Position numbers and translations under genes: made by a program. A DNA stretch of 64,000 bases, from positions 153,974 to 217,973 of the IMG/VR virus record IMGVR_UViG_3300022745_000017. The stretch is one strand, 5' to 3'. Shown here one piece after another: positions 28,111-39,100 of the stretch (its first letter is position 1; every line of letters begins with the position of its first letter). Under the pieces are notes generated by a model. That model did no database searches. It was not told the DNA's origin and saw nothing but the letters and a program-made list of their open reading frames with translations.

Positions 28111-28116
28111 CTAGCA

Positions 28117-29583
28117 ATGATTATCAGCGAAATCCTGCCACCGTGTGTAAAAAATACGGCGGCTTTCATTGGGATCTTCAACAACGCGCGTGTTGGGATC
28201 AACAACCAGACTCGACTGAGCTTTGATGCGGCTGAACAAGAGCAGCACGCCCACGGCGAAGTCAGCGAAACTTGGACGTATGTAAATTACACAAACAAAG
28301 ACATCACCATCAAAGACCGCACTGGCATTGCTTTTAAGATTAAGAGCACGCCAAAGGTCACCAATCGCCATTTTGTATTGCGGCGATGTTTTAAGATGCG
28401 ATACACGGGATTTGAGTCACTGGTGAAACTGCTACAGAGCAAGGAAGTGTTTGATGAGCCTGAACTCAATGGACTGCGTCAGAATTTACACGCCGTTCGC
28501 AAGCTCAACGCCCACTACTTAGAGTTTACACTAGAGTACCTTATCCCGATAGAAGACCTCCAGAGAGCTGGTGGGTATATCTATCATTTTCAGACCGATA
28601 AGGTTTTGTCCATCGGCGATGTAGATGAGAGTCCCCTACATCCTTACGGACAAAGCAATAAAGATTTAACCGGCTTTGGCAGGCAAGAGTATTTCACCGT
28701 CCAGCGGGCTATCAACCACCGTGTTCGATATGTCAGCCACGAAGATAATCCTCGCCCCCGGTATATCAAGATACTCAATCATGTCTATACTCTTTACCCA
28801 GAGCGCTTAGCACCGGCTAGGACGATGGTTATGCGCACTACAGACGGCGTCTGGTGTGCAAAGCCAATGGGGGAGTATATCCAGCTCGTACACACGTCGA
28901 GCAAGGACAATGTTTCGGGTATTTTCTCAATCATCTACACCCTTGAAGAAGCGCAAAAGGAAATCGGGGTGTTCGACTCGTATGAGATGGCTAGGAGTCA
29001 CGGAGACATCGAGTCATCTCAAAAGCAAAAGCTCGCTCAAGCTCAATACGCGATCGAGCAGCTTAAACTAGAAACCCTCAGAGAAAAAGAGGCCGCTCAG
29101 CAGTCAGCAGACCTGCGCAGCAACGAGCTCGCCATGAAGAACCATGAGCTCGATCTCTTTAAGATCTCAGCAACCAGAGAAAAAGCAGCGTTAGAGCAAC
29201 ACGCTATCAAACTGCAATCCGATTTGCAAGAGTTAAAGACCGCGCAAATCAAGTCAGAGATTGAGCTCACCAATCTACTGGCCGAACAAAAGCGTATCGA
29301 CGCAGATAGAAAGTCCAAAGACGAGCAGTTGCAACGGGAAGCCCGCCAACAAGACGAGAGGTTAGCCAGAATGCGTGACGAACATGAAGCCACCCTCAAG
29401 AAGATACGCGACGAACACGCTGATCAACTCAAGCGTGAAGCGGCACAGCTTAAAGACAGCTACGAAGCCCGCTCACTAGCGCGTAAAGACGCATCGGAAT
29501 CTATTAAAATTATCCCCGCACTCATCATGACTATAGGTACTATCATTGCCTTTTTCTTCGGAAAGAGCACAAAGAGCGCCTGA
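28117..29583 (+). CDS. Conserved phiKZ-like protein with a long coiled coil and a C-terminal membrane anchor
   Basis: 488 aa; E/K/Q/L heptad-rich C-terminal third; hydrophobic end IIPALIMTIGTIIAFFFG. Confidence 0.8.
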   Translation: MIISEILPPCVKNTAAFIGIFNNARVGINNQTRLSFDAAEQEQHAHGEVSETWTYVNYTNKDITIKDRTGIAFKIKSTPKVTNRHFVLRRCFKMRYTGFESLVKLLQSKEVFDEPELNGLRQNLHAVRKLNAHYLEFTLEYLIPIEDLQRAGGYIYHFQTDKVLSIGDVDESPLHPYGQSNKDLTGFGRQEYFTVQRAINHRVRYVSHEDNPRPRYIKILNHVYTLYPERLAPARTMVMRTTDGVWCAKPMGEYIQLVHTSSKDNVSGIFSIIYTLEEAQKEIGVFDSYEMARSHGDIESSQKQKLAQAQYAIEQLKLETLREKEAAQQSADLRSNELAMKNHELDLFKISATREKAALEQHAIKLQSDLQELKTAQIKSEIELTNLLAEQKRIDADRKSKDEQLQREARQQDERLARMRDEHEATLKKIRDEHADQLKREAAQLKDSYEARSLARKDASESIKIIPALIMTIGTIIAFFFGKSTKSA

Positions 29584-29623
29584 GTTTAACACTGAGTGTT
29601 CAACCACCAACCTATCTTAACAT

Positions 29624-31243
29624 ATGTTCCCACAGGAAATCGAAGATGAAATCGACCGCATCACAACACCGTTCAATGAACGGATCGCTAGTGGGTTGGC
29701 TACCCACGAGCTAAAGAAGTCGGCCACCTACATCGACAAGGTGTTAAAGAGTGTGGCCCGAGGATTTCCTTCGAGTGTGCGCTATGCCGGCTATCGCCCA
29801 CTGACACCCGAAGAAGAGTTTGCCAAGCTCACGAGTATGCGCGCCCAAGCGCCTGCGACTCTGGACATCGCTAACTCGACACTGCGCATGTTTTTGTACA
29901 TGTTTGAATTCCATCAGAGCGACGGTCAGATCCACAAGATCGACAAACCACTTCAATTGCTGCACGGCAGCATTGGTGGCGCTGGACGGTTTGAGATCGC
30001 AGGATCAAAATTCCTGGCTTCTCCTGTCTTAGCAGACCAAGTCTTCTCGGTGATGGAAGACCACGTCTTCATTAAGCTGATGAAAGCCAAGCTCATTGTC
30101 AAGCAGCTCTCCTATCACTGGATGGCCGCTGGCATTCGGGACTCCGCTTATGTCGCCTGGGCTGACGTTTATAATGAACGCTCTACGCCTGGCGCTCCAC
30201 GCAACCCGATCACAGCTAAGACGTGCCTGGCCCATTACTTGTTTTGTAAGTTTGGGGTCACCAAAGCCTTCCGCAAATTCGCTCATGCGGAGATCAAGGT
30301 CGGTGGCATTGAGATCACGGAACAGATGTACCCGCCTGACAAGTGGTTGATCTGTACGTCGGTTCAAATCAAACCCAAGACTTACCGGCTCTTTTACGAA
30401 CCCTCTGACATTCGTGTAGCCGTGCGGATCGATCAGCTCAACACCATGACCCGGTGTTTGTTAGCTGGCTTGTTTTATGTGGTCGACCATTTCCCCCAGC
30501 GCATGTTAGCCCGAGAGATCGATAACATCGATACTTGGCGCGTGATGTTGGGCTTGCTCATCTGGAGTGGCACAGTCAACGAGGGCAAGCTCCTCTCGAA
30601 TGTGAACAACCATTTCAACAGCTTAGATGAGTATGTCGACAACATGGTCATTGACAAGTTGCGTGTGATTAACGTGCCTTGTCAGGATGTCTATGAGCTG
30701 TTTGGCTACGTGATCAGTAACATGATCAAGTGGCTGCAAGAAAGTAGCCGTACCAGTAACTCTATGTGGAATAAAGAGTTGGTGGTGTTGCCGTTCATCT
30801 ATTACAAGGTGATCGAAGCAATTCACTTGCTTTACTTCAAGCTCAATGCAAGCCAGCACAGAGAGCTCACCCTACAGCGCGTTGAGAAAGCACTCCAGCA
30901 CTTGACGCCGGGTGTGATCTACAAGGTGACAAGAAACGGTGAGGTATCGACCACCTCGTGTCCTGGTGACAATCCAGCTACACGCATGACATCCATCATT
31001 GTTCCGCAAGCCAAGAGTGCTTCTGGCACCAGTGCTGACCGGACATCGACCACTGATCCGTCACAACGGCTCCACCCGTCGACCATTGATACCGGATGCT
31101 ACCTGGCACTGCCAAAAGCAGATCCGTCAGGCCGTGGTAGAATTAACCTCGCTGTACAAACCACCGACACCGGCTTGATCGTGCGCGATCCACGCTATAT
31201 CGACATTTTGAATGAAGCTGAACAATACTTCAGCAGAAGGTAA
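29624..31243 (+). CDS. Non-virion RNA polymerase beta subunit, N-terminal part (phiKZ gp123-like)
   Basis: 539 aa; FLASPVLAD, HYLFCKFG, GDNP, LHPS...LPKADPSGRGRIN; position two genes after MCP. Confidence 0.85.
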   Translation: MFPQEIEDEIDRITTPFNERIASGLATHELKKSATYIDKVLKSVARGFPSSVRYAGYRPLTPEEEFAKLTSMRAQAPATLDIANSTLRMFLYMFEFHQSDGQIHKIDKPLQLLHGSIGGAGRFEIAGSKFLASPVLADQVFSVMEDHVFIKLMKAKLIVKQLSYHWMAAGIRDSAYVAWADVYNERSTPGAPRNPITAKTCLAHYLFCKFGVTKAFRKFAHAEIKVGGIEITEQMYPPDKWLICTSVQIKPKTYRLFYEPSDIRVAVRIDQLNTMTRCLLAGLFYVVDHFPQRMLAREIDNIDTWRVMLGLLIWSGTVNEGKLLSNVNNHFNSLDEYVDNMVIDKLRVINVPCQDVYELFGYVISNMIKWLQESSRTSNSMWNKELVVLPFIYYKVIEAIHLLYFKLNASQHRELTLQRVEKALQHLTPGVIYKVTRNGEVSTTSCPGDNPATRMTSIIVPQAKSASGTSADRTSTTDPSQRLHPSTIDTGCYLALPKADPSGRGRINLAVQTTDTGLIVRDPRYIDILNEAEQYFSRR

Positions 31244-31247
31244 TAAG

Positions 31248-33302
31248 ATGCAACCACAATTTAGTATGTCTCGCGCTCAGTCGCGGCCTGTCAACTATGC
31301 ACGGGGTTTTCCCTTTTCGATCCTGTGCCGGCCGACAGAAGCCACACGGGACTTGGTTGAAGAAGCGGCACTGGAGCTGGTTACGATCATCCAGCGTGAG
31401 GCAGCAAATAGCGGCCTGCGGATGTTCCTCTTCAACCAGATGAGTGATAACGGGTTCAATAACCGTGACTTCTTCGATCTGGTGCAGACAACCCTCGATT
31501 TGATCGACGCCGAGATCATGACTTATCGGCGAGTACCTGTCGGCCTGGTACAGGACTGCGCCAAGCTGGCTACGGACTGGGAAAACGTACTCAATGCAGA
31601 TCGTTTTAATCTGTTTGAGTTCATCTCGCGTGACCTTCATCAGGATGTGGTCAACGGCATTAACATGGCCAAAGAAGAGCGCCGCGTGCGTCTGCGCACC
31701 CCTGCGCGCGGCGCTGAGCGTGATCCTTATCACGACGCAACGCGTTCTCGGTATACTCCCACTTACGACGATCGCCGAGGCTACGATGATCGTGGTGGTT
31801 TGCCACGCTCTTATCAGTCTGTTGCTCGTGCGCCAGTATACGCACCAACGACTGTGTCAGCTGCACCGCCTCGTGTAAGCGTGGCTGGCAATCCGCGCGA
31901 ACAAGTGCCGCCGGTGCACACACCTGATCCAGCCTACGAGCAACGTATGCGCACGCCCACAGCCCGACTCGAAGTCATCCGCGCTGGAGCAGCGATTCCG
32001 CGCCAACAACCCGTGGTCGCTGACCTGCCTAGCTGCACGAATTTGCAGCTGTCAGAGAAAGACAAAGCAATGCGCCGCGAATTGGCGCTGGCCGTCTCCA
32101 AAAATGGAACAGTTGTCGTAGACGTTCAACGCTATGATGACCCAGGTGTGCAGTTTGTTGCGACTGACAAGTGGTGGTTCATCCCTGTATTCAACGCGAA
32201 GACCCACACTCTTTACTACATCATCAAAGACGATGGGGCCATGTGTCCTATCACCGTGAAAGCTTTTGAGGAATTCGACGTGGACGCAGAAAAACACTTG
32301 GGCAAACCCGCCAACTACGTTCAAGCGGTCATTCCTCAGCCAGCAAAAGTCAAACAGCAGCAAAAGCTGCTTGACTCTATCACCGAGAGCCTCGATGCTC
32401 AAGAAGCTTTGTTCACTGACATCGTCGTGATCGAAGCCAATGAGTACGCTGCTGCCGGTGTGCCGGCAGAGGAGATACCCATGAAAGACCGAGTCTACAG
32501 CGTATGCGACTTGTCGCAAGGCTGGTTGATCGCAGACCACACCGCAGGTGTGATGAAAGAGCAGCTGGATAAACCCAGCACCATCAGCGCAGTACGTGTC
32601 AAAGTCTCACTGACTGACACGGTGATTGATTCAGCCGACTCAGCCTGGCTCGATCATCTGGGGAATATGAAAGACTTCTCCCAACTGCGAACAGCCATCA
32701 CCACGCAGCTCGATAAGCTGCAATGCGGCATTCCCACCACACTCGTCAGCGAGAAAGTGATCTCCCGCATCGACAAGCGTTTAGCCAACGAGATCAGCCA
32801 CGTCCTCAAGAACGTGATCGGTGTGGACATCACGATCGACTCTTTCCTCGATCCCAACGGCGGCGGTGCGCTTATGGCGTATCTGTCAGAGAACATGCCC
32901 AGCATTGGTAGTCTGCTGCTGGATTACCAAGAAGAGATCATCTCGGCTGCACTCAGCCGGGTGCATGGGTCCGATGAGATCTCTGAGATTCTCTACAGCC
33001 TCTGCTGCGAAACACCCACCGATCAGAAACCACCGGTGGTGATGTTCACGTCGAGCTATGTCTTGGTGAAGATCGGGTTCGAATCGACGGTGTTCTTCAA
33101 CGGTATGGTCATGCCGCATGAAGTATGCCACATCAACGCCAACGAAATGCCGGTTTTGAACAAACTGTTTGCGACGTTGCGCAAAGACATGAAGACGCGT
33201 GAGCGTTTGATCATCCAGCTGGAAGACGGTGTCACAGTCCATGTCAACCGTGGCGTGTTGGAAGACTCTCCGTTTGCTATGCGTGTTGAGAAGGCTGCTT
33301 AA
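31248..33302 (+). CDS. Conserved phiKZ-like hypothetical protein
   Basis: ATG 31248 in frame with track ORF 31212; R/D/Y/P-rich low-complexity linker (YDDRRGYDDRGG). Confidence 0.8.
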   Translation: MQPQFSMSRAQSRPVNYARGFPFSILCRPTEATRDLVEEAALELVTIIQREAANSGLRMFLFNQMSDNGFNNRDFFDLVQTTLDLIDAEIMTYRRVPVGLVQDCAKLATDWENVLNADRFNLFEFISRDLHQDVVNGINMAKEERRVRLRTPARGAERDPYHDATRSRYTPTYDDRRGYDDRGGLPRSYQSVARAPVYAPTTVSAAPPRVSVAGNPREQVPPVHTPDPAYEQRMRTPTARLEVIRAGAAIPRQQPVVADLPSCTNLQLSEKDKAMRRELALAVSKNGTVVVDVQRYDDPGVQFVATDKWWFIPVFNAKTHTLYYIIKDDGAMCPITVKAFEEFDVDAEKHLGKPANYVQAVIPQPAKVKQQQKLLDSITESLDAQEALFTDIVVIEANEYAAAGVPAEEIPMKDRVYSVCDLSQGWLIADHTAGVMKEQLDKPSTISAVRVKVSLTDTVIDSADSAWLDHLGNMKDFSQLRTAITTQLDKLQCGIPTTLVSEKVISRIDKRLANEISHVLKNVIGVDITIDSFLDPNGGGALMAYLSENMPSIGSLLLDYQEEIISAALSRVHGSDEISEILYSLCCETPTDQKPPVVMFTSSYVLVKIGFESTVFFNGMVMPHEVCHINANEMPVLNKLFATLRKDMKTRERLIIQLEDGVTVHVNRGVLEDSPFAMRVEKAA

Positions 33303-33324
33303 ATTGCTCGGTTAAACGGCACAA

Positions 33325-33360
33325 CTCCAGGTGGGGACGCTTACGCGTCCCCACCTGGAG
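33325..33360. terminator. Bidirectional hairpin
   Basis: CTCCAGGTGGGGACGC-TTAC-GCGTCCCCACCTGGAG between convergent genes. Confidence 0.8.
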
Positions 33361-33380
33361 CTAACCTCTATTTATTTTTC

Positions 33381-36065
33381 TTATAAGAAGTCAGGTGGTG
33401 TATCCTCTTTTCCCGTGCCACCGTCTTCACCAGTCGGTGTTTCGCCCTCTGTGTCCGCTGGTGGTGTCTCACCATCACCGCTGCCCTCTTCACCTGTTGT
33501 CGACCCTTCGTCTCCACCACCGCTACTACCTGGCTCTGGTGAGCTAGCACCATCACCATCAATCTGGTTGTTATCCAAGTCTTTGTTTGAGGCAGCAATC
33601 ATAGGTTGGATCTCAACTGACAAAGCAGTACAGGTACGCACCAGTGCTTTCACATGGACCATTGTGTTTCTCATCAGATCCACTTGATCACTGTTGTCAT
33701 CACTCACAGCTGTTAGTGCTGAGAGTTCAGGCATGTACCCATGACTAGCCATCCAGTCACGCTGTAGCTGAGACAAAGCCAATGCTTTATAGGTTTCCAC
33801 CTTACTAGAGACGTTGCCAGCAGTATCAGCGTTGAAGAACGAGTCATTGATTTGTGCCTCAATGGCTTTCTTAGCCGCTTCGGAAAACTTATCAAACTCT
33901 TGGGCCTGTTGCTCCAAGTTCACACTCACAGGCTTAAGCAGTTCAGCAGAAAAGCCCGACAAGAACATGTGTAGTCCGATCGTGACTTTCAAACGCTGAA
34001 CTTGCTCATCGGTGATGTTAATCCCGTAGATGGACTCGACGTCTTCTTTGTCTAGGAGGATTTGATCCTTCCCATTTTCCAGCAATTCCGTCAAGATGGT
34101 TTTAAACACCTGAGAGTTGCGAGCACGCATGCGTAAGTAGTTCGTCAACTGTGGGTTGAACATGATCTGAAAGTTCAGCACGTTCTTAGCGAAGATGACG
34201 TTTTGACTCACCACAGAGGTCGCTAGCTCTGGCTGCTCTAGTGAGTTGATCAGCTCCGGTGTCATCCCAAATCGCATGATGCTCTGGCGCTGCAACTTAT
34301 CGGAGATGTCTTGGTCGGGCTTGTTGTAGCTGGTCTGTGTGTTTTGGAACTCCACGGTGGTATCGGGCATGTTAGGTGATTTGATGTTCACCTCAATGCC
34401 TGAGCGCTGCAACAAGTCCATCTGCTCAGCTGGATTGCCCATGGTCGTAGGAAAGCGAATCTGACGACTCTCGACCATTTCCTGCACCATACGCTCAGCT
34501 GTACGCATCGGAGTAGGATCGGTTTCATCTACGTTGACATTGAGCAGTGTGCGCCCAATCGAGTTCTTCATCGACCCTATCACATCTGCGTAAAGCAGTG
34601 TAGCGCGCATCACATTCGTTTGTGAGCCACTGTCAAGAATGCTTTTTCCTAAGCCATCGGGGGTGTAAGCGAAGGCAAAATACGTCAAGTATTCTTGTGG
34701 GATGAAGAGCAATTGTGTGTATTTCTTGGCTAACTGCCGACTCATCATGATCCGGTAGAAGTCATCGTTCTTAGCCAGTGTGGCGTCTGTAGCCATTGTT
34801 CCATTGCGAAGACGGGCTGTCAGGTCTTGCTCCATCATGTCCGCAGCGATGCGATAGATGAAGTCCATATGCGCTTTCACAGTCGGATCGACCTTGTTGA
34901 TCGAGCCCCCTAAGTTAGTAGCGATACGGTTAACGATGCCGGCAGAGATACTATTACTCAGAGAAGACGTACCCTGTGCGCCCAGCGCTGTCTCTTGAGG
35001 ACGACTCACCGGATTGCCATTCTCATCAATGGCAATGAAAGCACCAATCAAGTCTTTCATCGACCCAGGTAAAAACACCGTGATCACAGCTTCACTAGGG
35101 ATCTTGATCTCTGTGCCTTCACCGATTGATTTGCGCTTGAGCTGCGACTGCTTCTTGAGCTTGGCGATGTACTCCGTTTTTGGAGCACTACGCTGGTAGA
35201 GCAAATTGTCGATGGCTGCTTGACTGATATTGGCTGCCCCATTGCGGTTGTCATACTGCGTATACTTGTCAGCAGACTCCAGCGCAGCGCTAATGGCTGT
35301 TTTGCGGTAGATGTCTTTGATGCGAGGCACTTTCAGGGCATTGATGTTGTCCGTGACACTCACATACTCTAAAGACTCGACCCGAAACTCTTCGCCTTCT
35401 TGATTGAAGATAAGCTTGAGCTTAGGGTCGTAAGGCTCCATGCTATTAAAAGACTCCAGGCTGTACTTGCCCTTGTCTTTGGTGACAGGATTACCCAGTA
35501 GGCCCAGGGGCTTGACAGCCTCGCTCTGTATGTCGGTAAAGCTCTCTAAGCTGACCCGGCGATCCCCATTGATGAAATCATCAATGGTGTTTTCTGGCAG
35601 TACCACCAAGGTGTAAGACCCATAGGGCCCAAGTGTTTCTGTCAGGATTTCTGGCAACTTGGCCTTGACATCACACGTTTCATCAAAATACTCTTTGGTG
35701 ACTTTGATGAGCCCTGCTGAGAGTGCTGATGAAAAAACACCTTTGGGAGGTTTGTAGTTGATCTCACAAGTCGTCAAGTCTTTGGGAGACAAAATTGCCG
35801 ATACCAGCACATTCAGAGAGAAAGCCTGATCCGGCAAAATCTCCATGACTTGTTCATTACTGATATTTCGCTGCGCACGCCGATCCAGCGAGGGCTTAAA
35901 GCCATAAGTCGCATTACCTTCCAAGCTGCGCTCACCGTCATTAGCGTAGCCTGGTTGAATCACTGGTGAAACTGCCTTTGCAGCTACAGCCGCTAGATTG
36001 GGATCAAAGGCGCGACGGTGAATGGGTTTAGCACCAACACCGGACACTGAGCGTGAAGTAGCCAT
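33381..36065 (-). CDS. Portal protein (phiKZ-like)
   Basis: 894 aa; LVSAILSPKDL, GSYTLVVLPEN, IPSEAVITVFLPG, FIAIDENGNPV, LYADVIGSMKNSIGRT; acidic Gly-rich tail; several S/A-L-E sites. Confidence 0.8.
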   Translation of the reverse strand: MATSRSVSGVGAKPIHRRAFDPNLAAVAAKAVSPVIQPGYANDGERSLEGNATYGFKPSLDRRAQRNISNEQVMEILPDQAFSLNVLVSAILSPKDLTTCEINYKPPKGVFSSALSAGLIKVTKEYFDETCDVKAKLPEILTETLGPYGSYTLVVLPENTIDDFINGDRRVSLESFTDIQSEAVKPLGLLGNPVTKDKGKYSLESFNSMEPYDPKLKLIFNQEGEEFRVESLEYVSVTDNINALKVPRIKDIYRKTAISAALESADKYTQYDNRNGAANISQAAIDNLLYQRSAPKTEYIAKLKKQSQLKRKSIGEGTEIKIPSEAVITVFLPGSMKDLIGAFIAIDENGNPVSRPQETALGAQGTSSLSNSISAGIVNRIATNLGGSINKVDPTVKAHMDFIYRIAADMMEQDLTARLRNGTMATDATLAKNDDFYRIMMSRQLAKKYTQLLFIPQEYLTYFAFAYTPDGLGKSILDSGSQTNVMRATLLYADVIGSMKNSIGRTLLNVNVDETDPTPMRTAERMVQEMVESRQIRFPTTMGNPAEQMDLLQRSGIEVNIKSPNMPDTTVEFQNTQTSYNKPDQDISDKLQRQSIMRFGMTPELINSLEQPELATSVVSQNVIFAKNVLNFQIMFNPQLTNYLRMRARNSQVFKTILTELLENGKDQILLDKEDVESIYGINITDEQVQRLKVTIGLHMFLSGFSAELLKPVSVNLEQQAQEFDKFSEAAKKAIEAQINDSFFNADTAGNVSSKVETYKALALSQLQRDWMASHGYMPELSALTAVSDDNSDQVDLMRNTMVHVKALVRTCTALSVEIQPMIAASNKDLDNNQIDGDGASSPEPGSSGGGDEGSTTGEEGSGDGETPPADTEGETPTGEDGGTGKEDTPPDFL

Positions 36066-36116
36066 TTCTTTATTCCTTCTTTCAATGAACTAACCAATAC
36101 ATAGAATCGAATCATC

Positions 36117-39100
36117 ATGACCACAGAAATCATCACCAAGCCTTATCTGGACGCATGCATCAAGTTGGCTAAGAGCGTTGTGTTCAAAATGGATGGTATC
36201 GCTAAAGCGATCAATTCCGGATTAGTGACACAACATGGTCTCAGCGCCGTCGATGAGACAGATCCGGCATCCTGGAAGTATTACAAAAACATCGCAGGCA
36301 TACCACACATCACTGACCCCACAATCACGATCAAGTCGTTAGATATTGAGACTGATGTGACCTTTGATAAGTCGCTTTTTAGTGAGGCATCGACACACCC
36401 TTTGACAAAGCAGGCTTATGGTTTTGACAGTGAGTATTTCAACGCCCTATGCCTAGCTCATCCCGATCAGATAGAGCTGATTCGCGGCATTGTCATGCCT
36501 TGCGATATCTCGGTGGCTATCGCTAGTGAGGACATGACCATCTTGGCTTACGACGCGTCTTTAGTCGAGAGCAGTGAGCCAGGACTGATGGTCGAGTTGC
36601 AAAGCCGGCTGTTTGCCAATTACGAGCGCTGGGCTATGCCGTCATTTGCCATCTCCAATGACCTCTACATCACGGTACAGGTGGCCCGGATCTATAGCTG
36701 GATTGTCAAACAAATCTTAGCTATCCGCCAAGACCTCGCTGCCACTGCCCAAGTGCACAGCTTTCACATTCAGCAACGCCTAGCTAGCAACCGTGGGATT
36801 GATGAGTTTATCACCGATCTCACACGCCAGCAACAACTCTACTTGTACTCATGCCTACCACAGATCGCTGCCAACATTGGCAAGAACAAGACATTCAACG
36901 AAGTCGTTGAAGCCTTGGTAAGTGGTAGTGACTTTGATGTGTATGGACTCACCGCCAGACACTACACAGGAAATCAGTTAGCGACTACTCAGATCAGTGA
37001 TCTCCACCCCACGCCAACCTATACGAAACAAGCCATCGTAGGATCGACTCCTACGGGAACTTTGTTTACACAGGACTACGTGTTCTCACTGATCGCTAAC
37101 AGCGCGCAGTCGACTGCTGAGTTTCAGAGTACGAATGCGCAAGCAATCCGAGATGTGATTGTGCGCTCACCTTCGAGCGTCATCAAGACAAAAATCGTTA
37201 CCATTGAGCCCAAACGTATCAATGACGATGCGTCGTATCCCTTGGAGAGCATTTTATTGGCTCACTGGCTCCAGTGGGCACAGTCTGGCAAGTACACAGC
37301 TACGCTGTCGTTTACCCTACCTAATCGCAGTCGAAAGTTTGCCACAACGATTAAGAATGCAGCGGCGCTGTTTCTGTACTGCTCAGCGAAGATGCAGGGC
37401 ATTACCTTAGTTAATCGCCCGGCTACGACGATTAACAACATCTTCTCCGGCACGCCTCTGTCTTTAGCTGGGATTGAAGATAAGGTTTGTTTGCGCAGAC
37501 TGCCTCGCAGTCAGATCAACGCCATGCGCAACAACTACCCTTTCCTAGAAGCGGTCTACACCGATGTGGAAGGCTTCAAACAAGCCTGTGCAGCCATCCA
37601 CTTTGGACAAGTCAAAACAGAACGATTGATTAACTCCCAGGTTGAATACGACGTTCGGATGTACATGGAAACAGTAGCCATGTCGATCTTCAGTAGTCGG
37701 TATTTGGCAATAGACACGAGTATTGTCTACGCGAGTTTGTTGAGTACCCTCGGGATCGATGATTCCGCATGGGGGTTGACAGAATACTACCTCTTTGCCA
37801 ATGAGCTGTTTTTGACGTGTACCAATTTCAGAACAGAAACGGGTGGGGTAACGATCCAGGATAAAGCTTCCAGGATGATGCGACTGCTCTCTAAGCTGTG
37901 TTCCTACTCTGTTTTGATTACCACGGACATTGCCTTATCAAGCGCTCGTAAGGTCAGCAGCGTATATGCACAAGCTGCCCCGCCTCAACTGATGAGCTTA
38001 ACCCATAGTAAGAGCTTGCCCATGCGCTGGTCTGGTCGTCTTACAGGCAGTACTTTGATTACCGTTGTGGGTGGTTTTGTCAATGGGCATGTCTGGATTG
38101 ATCTCAACGACAACCAAACAGAAGACCCTGGTGAGCAAGGCGCTCAAGAGATCAACATCCTTTTCCTAACCGCAGACAATACCCACACTGCGACGACTGA
38201 TATAAACGGAAACTTCTCTATTTTTCTGCCGCCTAATATTTACACGATCAGCGTGACACCGGGACATGGTCAGCAAGTCTTTTATCAGTCTATTAACAGT
38301 GTTGAGATCATAGATGGTCAAACGACCACGTTCAGTGCATGCGTAGCCAGTAGCACTGTGGTAGTTATGAACATGGTTCCAAATGGGCCTAATGGCATTA
38401 CAGATACCTCTGGCTCAAATGCAATTTTCTCTAGTCAAGGCGGTTTCTATTGGAATGGTGAAACATATGCTGGTGCGCCAGTGATGAGTGCAGGTGGCGG
38501 CTTTGTATTTCTATCATCGCCCCAGCTATTTGACTTCAGCACAGGCCAACACACAGTAAGTACGGATTGGAACCCTGTTTATCGCCAAGGTAGTACGGTA
38601 TTTTTCGATAGTCGCTCAGATACTGGACGGCAAGAAGGCTTTATGGTTCAGTACATCTGGCAAACAGGTAAGATGGAGATACGCTCACGCACAGGCCTAA
38701 TAGCTGAAGCTACTATAAATCCTCTGTCGATCATCTCCTGGTGTAAACTAGAGGTGAATGTAAACGTAGTGGTCGGTGCTCAGACAGCTACTATTCGACT
38801 ATACCTGAACGGGGCTTTGATCATCGAAACCAGCGCTAGTATCACTAGCGTAAGCGCTTCTGATAGAACCACCTTGTTCACAAATCTAGATTGGACATGG
38901 GGGAATACGACCCAGGATAAATTTGCGAACTTCCAGATTGTAGCGACTAATGTACCCCCACCTAGTAATGGTCGTGTAGATGGTAAGGTTTGGCAAGACC
39001 TCAACGACAACCAAATACAAGATGTCTTAGAGGTAGGTGCTGAAAACATACAGGTTATCTTTACCTCAGCTGAGCACTCTATCGCAGCGACCACATCCGC

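Noticed and set aside
33381-33560. Gly/Glu/Thr/Pro low-complexity tail of the portal with a 118-aa opposite-strand ORF
   Set aside because: A disordered acidic tail is expected; the opposite ORF mirrors its repetitive codons
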